Shown in pieces: positions 25,242 through 36,758 of a stretch of DNA of 64,000 bases. A program made the position numbers and the translations under genes. The notes under the pieces are model-generated. The model saw only the letters and a list, made by a program, of their open reading frames with translations, searched no databases and was not told the origin of the DNA. The DNA is from Phoronis australis (Eukaryota > Animalia > Phoronida), in the NCBI GenBank assembly GCA_002633005.1, contig NMRA01000329.1:417894-481893 (forward strand), in the 5' to 3' direction. The stretch's first letter is position 1. Each line of letters opens with the position of its first letter.

Positions 25242-28200
25242 CTACAACATTCAATCAATAACCTGATTGACAGCATTTTGAAATCTAACTAAAATAACAG
25301 TGGCCACAATAAAGATTTCCTAATTGTGGGTTCATAATTTAATAAAACAGTAGACTTTTAAAATTCTGAAAATGAGGAAATTTGCCCATCTCTTTAAATT
25401 CAACAAACTCACCTTTTCTGAGAAGTTTTTAAACTTCTCAGTAAATTCTTACAATTGAGGATGGCAGATTAAATGCTGTCATCCTCAATTGTATGAATTT
25501 TAATCAATTAAAAGAATTTTGGAATTGCTGTAAATGTAGCGACTAAAACATACTCTGGACAATTGAGATCTTACAACACAATTGTGTTGAGCAAAAATGA
25601 CAGAAAAAATGAGCATATTTTACTTGATACACATAGGTGCACAGACATGATCTGGAAGACTAAAAAAATTGTGCCATGCAGAGTGCATGTGTGAAGAGCA
25701 ATAAGACTTTGCTTACTTCCTGCAAGAACAAAGAAGAGACAAGACTAAAATGGAATTTAAAATCTGCCATTTCATTAGGAACCCAACAAAATGATGTTGA
25801 AATCAAATAATTAGGAGTTGATAAGAGAACTAAGATTTTGTAAATATTGTTCACTTTTGAGACTCCAGCTGAAGACTAATTTCTGTTTTTGCTCTAGGTG
25901 CTTGCTGAGTGAAAGACTATGGTAAATCTCACCAATTAAGAGTAAATAATTGCCAAAATTAATGTTATTTCAACAACTTTTAAAATGTAGGTTCATCCAG
26001 GATTTCAAAAGTAGGGCATCCAAAATGGATTTCCAAAATTCCCAGGGTGTCCATGAGCAGTGCGCGCCTATGTTTTATGACCTTAAGTCAAACTGCTGTC
26101 CTTGTGATGAAAACATTCTGAAATAAAGCTCCTTGTATCTTACATCATTTTGACTAAATTATTTTTCATTCTGGACAAGCCAATGAGCTGCCAAGGCTGC
26201 TACTAGCAAGTGAAAATAGACAGCCCGTACTAGTGTACTTTACTTAGAACAAGCAGAACTCACCATCAGAGCAGTTGGAATGAAGTCATGACGGGTCATA
26301 ACCAGTCATATCGGGTCATAACCAGTTATGACTGGTCATAAACAGTCATGACAGGGAAACCGTACAGTCTCGTCATTTTTGGCAGGTACTGATGCAAAAA
26401 AGGCGTCCAAGATGACACAAAATTACAGTAAAATCTCATCAATATCACACAAAAATAATCGCCAGACTTGCTCTTTCTTCCATTTTCATGAGCTTCGAAA
26501 ATATTGTCTGGCTGTGGCTATAGTAAGAGTTTGAAAACAAGCATTACAACTTTGAATTCATGAAGACGATAAAATAAAATTTTGGATGTAAAGTTTCCCT
26601 CGTCGGGCCATGTTTGTCTTAAATTGGTGAGGTTTTATTGTATTTCAAAGGAACAAAAGGCGACTATAGCCAATGGAGGTAATTAGTATAATCTGGATAC
26701 CCATGGTGCTCTTTCCAGCATACCCTGACCAGTAAAAATTGTAGCCAATACAATATCACATTTCTTACTCCACAAAATATTACTCCAGCACAATAAGAGA
26801 GGAAGCACTCTCACTGACCTTTCAAGGAGAGAACATTCAAGGAAGCTGTGATTAATCGAACTGTAATAACTGTAATAACTGCAATCCAATTGCAATGTGA
26901 GAGCGACTGATTTTGATATTGATATGCTAAGATCCATTTTAATCCAAATCTTTTAGTTCCAATTTTCACCATTAGGTGTTTTACAAATTAACAACTTATT
27001 TGTATCTTTTGAAGAGTCTTATTGATATGAGATACTGAAGACATAAGGGCCTTTCATACTAACGTTGAAGCAGGCCTTCATGCAGCGTACGTCCTGGGCG
27101 TCCAAATGGACGCCTTAGCACTAATATGGACGCCCTAGAAAGGACGCCCAATGTATCATTTGGACGCCCACTATCAATAGGAACCTTTCAAGTTTGGATA
27201 CACACATTGTAATGATCACTAGGAAGCCTATGAAGACTCACAGTGGTGGCTTTTTTTTCAAAACAGGAAGAAATATACAAAGTATATACAATGTTGCTAT
27301 GCTCACACTTGGTTGATAACATTGTAAGTCTTGGTTTTTTTAATAAAAATGCACACTACAGAAGGCTGTTTTGTACACTTAAATGTAGAAACCTTGGTCT
27401 ATGCATTTTTTGTAAAAAAAATCTGCGTGTTTGGGGGGATTGCTGGGGGTGGGGGGNNNNNNNNNNNNNNNNNNNNNNNNNNNNNNNNNNNNNNNNNNNN
27501 NNNNNNNNNNNNNNNNNNNNNNNNNNNNNNNNNNNNNNNNNNNNNNNNNNNNNNNNNNNNNNNNNNNNNNNNNNNNNNNNNNNNNNNNNNNNNNNNNNNN
27601 NNNNNNNNNNNNNNNNNNNNNNNNNNNNNNNNNNNNNNNNNNNNNNNNNNNNNNNNNNNNNNNNNNNNNNNNNNNNNNNNNNNNNNNNNNNNNNNNNNNN
27701 NNNNNNNNNNNNNNNNNNNNNNNNNNNNNNNNNNNNNNNNNNNNNNNNNNNNNNNNNNNNNNNNNNNNNNNNNNNNNNNNNNNNNNNNNNNNNNNNNNNN
27801 NNNNNNNNNNNNNNNNNNNNNNNNNNNNNNNNNNNNNNNNNNNNNNNNNNNNNNNNNNNNNNNNNNNNNNNNNNNNNNNNNNNNNNNNNNNNNNNNNNNN
27901 NNNNNNNNNNNNNNNNNNNNNNNNNNNNNNNNNNNNNNNNNNNNNNNNNNNNNNNNNNNNNNNNNNNNNNNNNNNNNNNNNNTCCACCCTACAGCGCCAC
28001 GTCCACCCTACAGCGCCACGTCCACCCTACAGCGCCACGTCCACCCTACAGCGCCACGTCCACCCTACAGCGCCACGTCCACCCTACAGCGCCACGTCCA
28101 CCCTACAGCGCCACGTCCACCCTACAGCGCCACGTCCACCCTACAGCGCCACGTCCACCCTACAGCGCCACGTCCACCCTACAGCGCCACGTCCACCCTA

Positions 28201-30478
28201 CAGCGCCACGTCCACCCTACAGCGCCACGTCCACCCTACAGCGCCACGTCCACCCTACAGCGCCACGTCCACCCTACAGCGCCACGTCCACCCTACAGCG
28301 CCACGTCCACCCTACAGCGCCACGTCCACCCTACAGCGCCACGTCCACCCTACAGCGCCACGTCCACCCTACAGCGCCACGTCCACTCTACAGCGCCACG
28401 TCCACTCTACAACGCCACGTCCATTATAGAATGCCACATCCATTGCCACAGAATCCCGCTTGAGTGTTGTGACTTATTACATCAGTTATTCTCAAGCAAA
28501 CTAAAACCCAATAGAGTTGACTAAAAATCAGAGGCATGGCAATTTCAAGCTTTTTCAAAGTTACTCAAGAAATTGATTAGCCAAACAGTAAGGGTCAGAT
28601 TTCTGAAGTGGACAACGATATAGCAATGTCAATGTTTTTTTATTAAATTATTAAAAAGTTAACCACATTGCAATGGATTTTTTTGAAGATTGTAACTACA
28701 ATTATGAGACAGATATCATCAGATAAAAGTGACATTGTTTACTAATAATCAGCGCCGAAGTGGTAAAAGCTTAAGATGCGTCAAATGTTAGTGAGGCTGA
28801 TAGCAAAGATGTGATGGAATCTATCCCAAGAATGTATTTTTGCAATCTATTTTGCGACAGCACACCAATTATTTCTGCTGCCAGTCCTGGAAATGTTAAA
28901 TCAGCAGCACTGGAGAACACGATTATCAGGAGAAAGGGCAAATACTCTGATATAGCGTGCACACATTTTGACAACCAATCAATGCCCATTATTCCATGGA
29001 GAAAACTGGTTCTCAAAATGCGGTTACATTATCAGACTGTTGTCGTAAAAAGTGAGCCCAAACCACATCCATGATGATGGTGTATAATATCAGGTTAATT
29101 GTCAAAGATATGCCACAGCTCAGAGTTTTACACTGAATCATTTCATAGCAATCTAGCTCAGTGTCCCTATGGTCTGCTAACACCGTAAGTGAGCTTCGTC
29201 AAAGTAAAAACAACAAGGGGGTCAGCCAGTCAGCCATACAGTACTTACATGATGCAAATGAGTCATGATAGCTAATTTCTCATACACCAATGACACAGGC
29301 TGACTACTACTTTGAGAACAGGGGAACAACCAGATTGTTTAGAGAGGATCTTATGGTCTGCTAATCAAGGATGAACAGTTAAAAGTACGCATTTAACTTA
29401 CCTGGCTGATTCTGTTGAACCCAAACTGTACAAATTTCTCCTCATACCGTGGTAAGGGTTTTCGCTTTGCAATATAAAATGGTTCCCATGGATCCACCCA
29501 GTTCACAACATAGGCAACTTCCATCTTCTTGCTAGAGTCCACATTTCGCCATGTCTCATACAATGTATTGCTTTGACACTTGGCACAGACCTCCGAGTAA
29601 AATGGACGGATACGACGAAACAACATTTCCTTGATTAGCTTCTCTTTAGTTGGAGGTACTGCACTAAGCTCTGAAGACATTTCATATACCGGTACTATAA
29701 AGGCAGTTCTGTCAAAATCTCCTGTGAGAAATTCTTGCCGATGCCTTTGAATGAAGTTGGCAAACTGTGAGTCTAGATCAGGGCTTGGAATCATGTCAAC
29801 GTCGATCACAAACACAAAGTCAGAGGTTGCATAAGTAATACCGACATTCCTGAGCATATTATTTGGATACAGTGAGTGTTGATCAGCATAGTTTGCAGGA
29901 ATGGAGTCCGATGCATTGACCAAATTAGACAATACACCACAGGCTTTGGAGGGAATGGTTTCAAGGAAATGGTTGATATCCAAGTACGACGGTCTGTGTT
30001 GAAGAGGAAGAACAATGTTGATCGTGACTTGTGTGTTGAACTGATGAGCGCATAAGTAGGCATTAAGCAATGTCATTAATGTAAACTTTGTGAGGGGAGA
30101 CGGTATGAAAACGGTCACAATGAGAGGGCCGCCCCAGGCTTTGGACAGTTGGATGATATTTGATAAATGGTGGAGCGAGCAGTGCGAAACGAGAGAAACG
30201 TTGAAACTGGGACTGTAAGCAGCACTGCTGTGAGTTGGCTCCTGGAACACCTTGGGAAATATGAAGTACCTTCCATTCACGTCAATGACACTAGTGTTAA
30301 ATATCACGTTCCAAAATCGTTGCAATATCGTGTGAATGGTGATGTACTGATGATTGAGACTATAGCGCAGCTCAAAGAGATAATCAAGGTTGGTTTTATA
30401 GACGTGTAGATAACACACAGCACTGATCAGGGCACACAATATAAAAGTCTTGATTAAACTAGCGCGTGACAGCATCAT
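25053..30478 (-). CDS. B4GAT1: Beta-1,4-glucuronyltransferase 1 (GT49), whole gene (2 coding exons, 421 aa)
   Basis: Exons 29402-30478 and 25053-25241. N-terminal signal anchor, YPNNMLRNVG, DxD motif FVIDVDMIP, WEPFYIA, FGFNRISQ|VCEMHVAGYNFSVLNNAYLVHQGFK..KLKYRNDRRC. Matches recalled human B4GAT1 ([44 protein letters not shown]). Confidence 0.94.
26284..26354. repeat. 20-bp minisatellite built from 10-bp subunits
   Basis: AGTCATGACGGGTCATAACC, about 3.5 copies. Confidence 0.75.
27457..27981. other. Assembly gap (525 N) in the B4GAT1 intron
   Basis: N run flanked by a G tract and a minisatellite. Confidence 0.99.
27982..28423. repeat. 19-bp GC-rich minisatellite
   Basis: TCCACCCTACAGCGCCACG, about 23 copies, degenerate only at the right end. 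Confidence 0.97.
29402..30478 (-). CDS. B4GAT1: B4GAT1 coding exon 1
   Basis: 359 codons; ends NRISQ with donor CAG|GTAAGT. Confidence 0.94.
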
Positions 30479-30571
30479 GGCTGATCATGGTTAGTCGCTC
30501 TCCAGTGATTTGACACCAGTGCCTGACTGACACATGTTTCTCTTTGCGAGAGGCGCACCGGAGTTGTACAG

Positions 30572-30671
30572 AAGACAGTAGTAATTCAGGTAAGTTCAGT
30601 ACCGGTGTAGTCTGAAATCACAAGACAGTAGTAATGCAGGTAAATTCAGAACCAGTGTAGCCTGAAATCAC
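30572..30671. repeat. 50-bp tandem duplication spanning the B4GAT1 5' UTR splice acceptor
   Basis: AAGACAGTAGTAAT(T/G)CAGGTAA(G/A)TTCAG(T/A)ACC(G/A)GTGTAG(T/C)CTGAAATCAC x2. Confidence 0.85.
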
Positions 30672-31783
30672 AAGAAGACAAAACAAATTGCTGAAAACCA
30701 CATATATCCCAATTAATAGAAACTACTTTTTGACTGAAATAAGAACTTTTAAAAATGACAATTTGGCCTAAAACTGACCATAGCAACACATTGCCTGTGG
30801 ACCACCCAGTAATGCAACCGATTATTTTTTGATAGACAAAGTAATTAAAAGTAAATACTAAACACTGAGTAAAAAGTTAATAGTCAACAGTAGACTTGCT
30901 ACAAATAGTCCGTTGACAAAACTTTGATTACCTCCCTCCATGGGTTTTTTCATGAATATATATGCAAATTAAGCAGATCACCTGACTAAAATGACTAGTG
31001 GCATTGGCTGACAGAGGATGCTTTTTAACAAGCAGACTTATAGGATTGGATTTGGCTTAATGGCAACATCAAAGAAGAACAGCGTTTATTCACAAGACTG
31101 AATTTGTTGAGTTTTGGGTTTTCTGTATATTTTCACTCAAAAGTTATCGTCACTATGGGTTGGCAAAGTATACACTCGACAGAGTTGGTGGACCAACTGA
31201 AGCGACTCAGTCAGTCAATGAGTGTAGTGAGGGACAGTGATCAGTAGGAAATACGACTATGGATACCAAATAGTAATAATAAAACTAGTATTGTTACGAT
31301 TTGAGATTTTCACGAAATTACCACACTGAGTATCGTATCGATAATTGATAATAAAACATTTGCTTTGCCTTGGGTTGTGCTGGACAGTGTAATTTAGAAG
31401 TAGTAACACCACACTGTTTAGTGATTGTGGTGTGTTGGTTGGAGTTATTCAGTTGTGACACCACACTATATTAGTGAGATGCCTTTTTGTCTAGTTTCGT
31501 GAATCAGCAGTGACTGTGGTAATAACCCACCAATGGTGAGCAATTGTTGTTGGAGAGAGCTACAGGGTTTGTAATTTGGAACAAGGTGATTTTCATTATT
31601 CTGCTGCACAAAAACTGTGTTCACGACAGCAGAGAGGAATCACACAGCTTCCTGAGAGTCCCGAGTTTAAGGAATTCTAGGGGCCATGATCTTCCTTGGT
31701 TGAAAGGCGACGTTATACTTAACTCTATAGGACAAAGAAGAGTGGGGTGAATCTGCAGTGGGTGTGGCAGGCCTCTTTTATCA

Positions 31784-31937
31784 CTGGGACCGATCCAGGA
31801 TTTTGAGTTGGGGGGGGGGGCAGGGAAGAGTTTAGCCCATCAGACATTTGCACCCTCGCACTGCCAAATAGAATCTGAGAATTTTAGGGAGGGGTGACAT
31901 GGCCCTGTTGCCACCCCCCCCCTTAAATCCACCACTG
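31784..31937. mobile_element. GC-rich MITE with 5-bp TSD TATCA
   Basis: Degenerate TIR CTGGGACCGATCC / AAATCCACCACTG; poly-G and poly-C tracts; exact TATCA on both sides. Confidence 0.65.
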
Positions 31938-32255
31938 TATCAATTGATCAATTGTCCAGGAGCAATAGGCAAATAGCTCTTTGACTTTGTTGGAATGGCT
32001 ATGAGTATGACGGCTGACGCCTGGCTTTGAAGGCTTGAAGCGAGATGTTCTAGTTTTGTGTCAGCCACAGAAAGCAGCACAGAACATGAGCACAAAAACA
32101 GACAGAAAATGCATTGACAAAGTTACGTGCAAACGGAATGTAAAGCAGCTCTCCACATTGGCTAGGTTACCTGGTAACATAGATCAGCTAGAAACATTAA
32201 CCCTGACGGATGCGAGTCACGATCTTTTTCAGTGGAATCGGAAACGGCTACAACA

Positions 32256-32267
32256 TGCGCATGCGCA
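32256..32267. promoter_or_regulatory. NRF1-type palindrome, candidate B4GAT1 promoter element
   Basis: Perfect TGCGCATGCGCA with CGGAA nearby. A minus-strand donor CAG|GTAACC at 32171/32170 and an acceptor TTTCAG at about 30662 suggest a non-coding first exon. Confidence 0.5.
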
Positions 32268-32572
32268 AACGCTTCTTGGGACCACAGACTTCACTAGCTG
32301 CCTTGCACACACTTGTCACCTCGCGGTCAATGTTTCTCTGAGCAGTTCTAAACTTCTTGTTGAGGATTTCATATGTTACCTAAAAAGAAGCATTTAATAC
32401 AAACACATCAAGCCTGATCAGTGTAAAGGTCACTAACATTATGTGACCTACATGTAGACAGGTTCTTCTGTTCAGTTGACTGCTGAACTTGAGACGCAAG
32501 TCTCTGGAGCCACTGAGGGATCATGGGTTTGATTCCTGAGTAGGACCTTTCAGCTCTCACTGATAGTTCATG

Positions 32573-32801
32573 CAGTGGCAGATCTACGATTTCAGTAAGG
32601 GGGGTTTAGGATTCGAAAGAATCCGAGGCACGTAGCGCCGAGGACGGAAGGAAGGTCGCGAGAGGGTTTCCCTCCTCACGTGTAAGATTTTTTGGGATTT
32701 TTAGTAGCTAATTTCGTTTTTCTGGCGATATTTTTTCCAGTTTTTATTTTTGATCCTGTCCCGAGGGGGGGGGGGTTAAACCCCCTGAAGATCTGCCTCT
32801 G
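32573..32801. mobile_element. GC-rich MITE with 5-bp TSD TCATG
   Basis: TIR CAGTGGCAGATCT / AGATCTGCCTCTG (12/13); exact TCATG on both sides. Confidence 0.8.
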
Positions 32802-35800
32802 TCATGTGTCACCTAGGACCTTTTAGGTTCACCCAAATGCTATAGTTATTACAAGTTCTTGAAAACCAATCAAAACTACATTGATCCGTTATTACATTTA
32901 AAGTACCCACGGTCAAAAGGAAAAGTATTGAGTAAAATGCCAATCAGGCGGCTGCCTGTGATTTTAACATGGCCAACACCAAGGGAAGGCAGAACGGGTG
33001 ACCTAGTGTCAACACACTTGCAAGACAATGATGTTGTTGAACACACCTGAACTTGAATTAACCGATTCAACACCACCCACTACGTCAAGTGACCAACAAT
33101 TAAGTAGACCTACTAATGAATTTTTGACGATCTGCAATCTCCTAACATTTGAAAATTTGAAACCAATTTCATAATAGTGAGTGGTATAAATCAAAAGTAG
33201 GGAGTTTAATGTTCCCATGGCTACCAGTTATGTGATTAGTTGGATGGGTTGAATTATGAATTACGGGCTTGAATTAACCGTTTCCATTCTATAAGTGAAG
33301 ATTTCTCGCCACTTAGTGCTTTGCAAGTGTCTTGGGTCTATCAAACACAACCCGGCTTAGTAATGCTAATCGGCACCCGGCTTCCGAGTCTGCATACATG
33401 CATGACTCGGGCCGGGATCTACCTACAGATTGCTAGAGTTTTGAAAGGTGCGCGATATGGTTTTTAAACATTTGTGTTGTGCATGGTAATGCTTCATTAT
33501 ATGTGGCTGAAATAATTGGGAAGCCAAACTTATTACTAGTAAACTTCAACAGTTTACACGATTTACTTTGAGGCCTTCTAACTGTTTGAAAGGGTGAAAT
33601 ATAGTATTTCAAATTCCTTCGAAGTGTTACGAATGGGGTTTGGTTCTCGAGTCAAAGATAGGGTTTCAGATTTAGTTTTGTGCTCAAGATCCTAACTTTA
33701 GTAAAGCTCCACTATTCCTGAAGTATGCAAGTATGTGACAAAATTGATACTGGAAGGAGGAGGGCCAGATACTATACCGGTGCCTACCCTCTGACGTCAC
33801 CACAAAAACAGAAACAGAAAACTTAACAACTAGCTTAACACTTTAAGGCGATCTTGCGTGATGGATCGTTGCTAAGTTTCCGACAAACTTTCAAGGTCAT
33901 TGATGGTTCATTGTAATGACTCGTGTTTTTCACAAACTGTTGCTTAACCGGCGCGGGTGTGCCTATAGGATATGTAATATGACGTTATACAACAAGCCAA
34001 GGCACATGCCATCAAGATATTACCGCGAAGCAAACGATTTCGTATATAAGGGATAAATAGGATTTCCCCACATGAATAGGAATACTACTACGATATCTGA
34101 TCTTGAATTTATTTTATCTGAGTATGTCCCAACTCAACCCTCGGTCTCGTTAGTACATTCCCAAATGAAACGAATGCTCATAGGCTATGACAGTAGTATT
34201 CCTATGTATGTCTGATAACCTATATTTATGGTATAAATGAAAGTGCGCGACATCAAATGCAAGTGTGGACATTTGGTGTCATTGACTTGATTCGCAAGTA
34301 AAAAGGCAAATTTTAGTTTGTTAAAGAGGAAACTTCGCCTTTTTGCCAGAAACTCTTCTGTTTAGGCGGACGTAACGGAGTACTGAGCAAACTTTAAGTA
34401 GGAAAATATTTAATAAAATAATCTAACAAGAACTTGTGTCCAATGCCTTTCAGTGAAAGTTCCTGTGTAGGTAAGACTGTGGATGCAAATGTGCAGCAAG
34501 TCATGGCCCAACAACTAAGTGCAAATGAAGAGATTGACCAGTGCACAGTTCAGGCTGCTAATCCATTTAATGCTGAAGCAAATCGGATTGCAATGAAAGG
34601 AGTAAAAAATTGCATGAAGGATGTCATTTATTATTGCCATGGATGACTTCGTAAAGCTGGTCTGTGCTTTCACTCCAATTGGTGAAAACGAGCTTTATGC
34701 CTGTTCAGTCCGATTATCAAATTATACTATTCCGTGTACGACTGATACTAATTTAAAGAGCGCCGTGGAGCAGTTGAATAGGAGCACGAATACACATAGT
34801 ATCGTTGATACGGCGTGTGTTCTATTAACTCTAGTTTTGTCATCAAAAATAACGATGATTGTCTACTGAGGTTTTTCATAAGTTGATAGAAAAAGTCAGA
34901 GCGGAAGCGGACGTCTCTACATCAAACAACTAGTTGCAAATTGTGTCGAGGCACCTCTGTGACAATCGGAGTATCCGAAACAACTAAGACAATAGTCTCT
35001 ATGAACATATCGATATTTTTTCTGAAAGAATTCCAAGGACAGAGTTTCTTTTGAAGATCGTTGTCCGGATTTCGCAGCCAGCAGCAAGAGTTTCTTGCAT
35101 CACACCACCTAAATTGTGTTTTTTACCAGTACACATTTCGGCAACCTAATAAAGTGAATTTTGTAAATATGCTCTACAGCCAAAAACGTCAAATGCATAC
35201 ATTTAAACGCCCAACGTGTGCAACGTGTCCAGGCCTATTAAGGGACCCTTACTCGTTAAATTGTAGTGCTGAAACACTAAGTACACAGATTTCTGGTGGT
35301 GTCCTCCCCGAGATTTGCCCCACAAACAGTACGGCCATGAAAGTTAGAAATTGGCGACGACCACGGTATGAAAGAGGTGGGCATATGGAGAATCTGAAAT
35401 TTGGTTCCACGATTGGAGCAAAATTTTGGCAAAGTCGAATACTGTAAGTGCCCTCCTCCCATAGTTTTTATCTTCCTTCTGGCCGGCAGCGTGATGTTGT
35501 CACCTTTTTCACAACAAAAAGCTGGATAAAGTCGACATTTGCGCTAAGTAAAAAAAATTACCTTACTCATGTTTAGTCAATAACTATTACTGGTATTGTA
35601 TTAGTCATATAACTACCTTACTTATAATTGTATGTGCCATATAAATGACCTTACTTTTAATTGTCTTAGACATAATAAATGGCCTTATATCGCCTACCCA
35701 AGTCTTAGTTTCATCTCTGGTAACGAGCTTGCGACGCACGAACTACCATAGATTATTCAGGGGGCATATGTCGATCATAAAAAAACTGTGTGCCTGCGGG

Positions 35801-35889
35801 CATTGGGTTGAATTCAAAGTCACCATATTCTCAATGTGACAACAACTGACCAAATCAGTTTGGGATGACATCCATTACGCGAATAGTAC

Positions 35890-36123
35890 CATGCGCGTAC
35901 CCAGCCTTCCACATGTGGGCTCGAATTCCTGACTTGTGCACCTTTTGGTAACAAAAAAGCGGGCTTACTGAAAAAAAACGGGGGCACCACTGTGAATTGC
36001 GCGTTTGTGCTTGTCTCATTTTCTCGGACTTTTTGTTTCTCAGAGGCGGACCTTTTTGCCCACTTCGCCAAATGGGAGGCTCGAGCCCCCCGAGCCCCCC
36101 CCCCCCTTCTGGGTGCGCACATG
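35890..36123. mobile_element. GC-rich MITE with imperfect 5-bp TSD
   Basis: TIR CATGCGCGTACCCAG / CTGGGTGCGCACATG (13/15); flanks AGTAC / AGTAT. Confidence 0.7.
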
Positions 36124-36758
36124 AGTATACTGTAGAAGCGACAAGACTCAGATTGAAATGATTTTGTACTTTTATGTAACGACTGTCAGGTAATAAAGAG
36201 GATGTTAAAAGGGCACAGCATCTGTTAGCAGCTGGCAGGGGTAGGGGTGAGGTAGGGGTGGGGGCACAAGTTAGATATGTGGCGGGACAGCACAGGTTAG
36301 AATCATTCAAAAACATGCAAGTGCACTGTTTCCTGGTTAGAAACTATTCGACTAAATGTATGAAATTTCACCAAAGAAATCAAATTTTACAAAGCCCAAC
36401 CATAGGGGCCAGCAGTAATAAAATCATAAAAAATCATGTGACGTCTGTCACTGTCATAACCATAGAAATATATTTGGAAAAAGAAGCCCCTTGATGAGGT
36501 TCACGACCTACAACAGGCGACTGTCCTTAGTCAAGGATTGTAAAATACGAGATGGTATGTTCTTTTCATTGTCTGTTGCTTGGAAACGAACAAAAAATCC
36601 AATTTTTTTATATTTTATTTTCTTAGTCACACAGAAAATTGATAAGGAAACATTATTTGAAATCACCAACATCCCACGAATTGGACCCCCAAAGCACCTC
36701 AAAAATGGCTAAACACAAAAACATGCATAACTTAGCGCATGTTTAGGGCTCCAATTAA

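Noticed and set aside
25995-27190. Possible TIR element with GGGCGTCCA / TGGACGCCC subterminal motifs
   Set aside because: The motifs are present, but termini and a TSD could not be defined.
27243-28524. Long ORFs of 200-406 aa across the gap
   Set aside because: Artefacts of the N run and the stop-free 19-bp minisatellite inside the B4GAT1 intron.
28771-29074. Overlapping 81 and 87 aa ORFs in the B4GAT1 intron
   Set aside because: No recognisable homology or splice support, and the B4GAT1 exons join without them.
32470-32850. tRNA-derived SINE interrupted by the MITE (B-box-like GGGTTTGATTCC)
   Set aside because: No clear A box, tail or second copy in the window.
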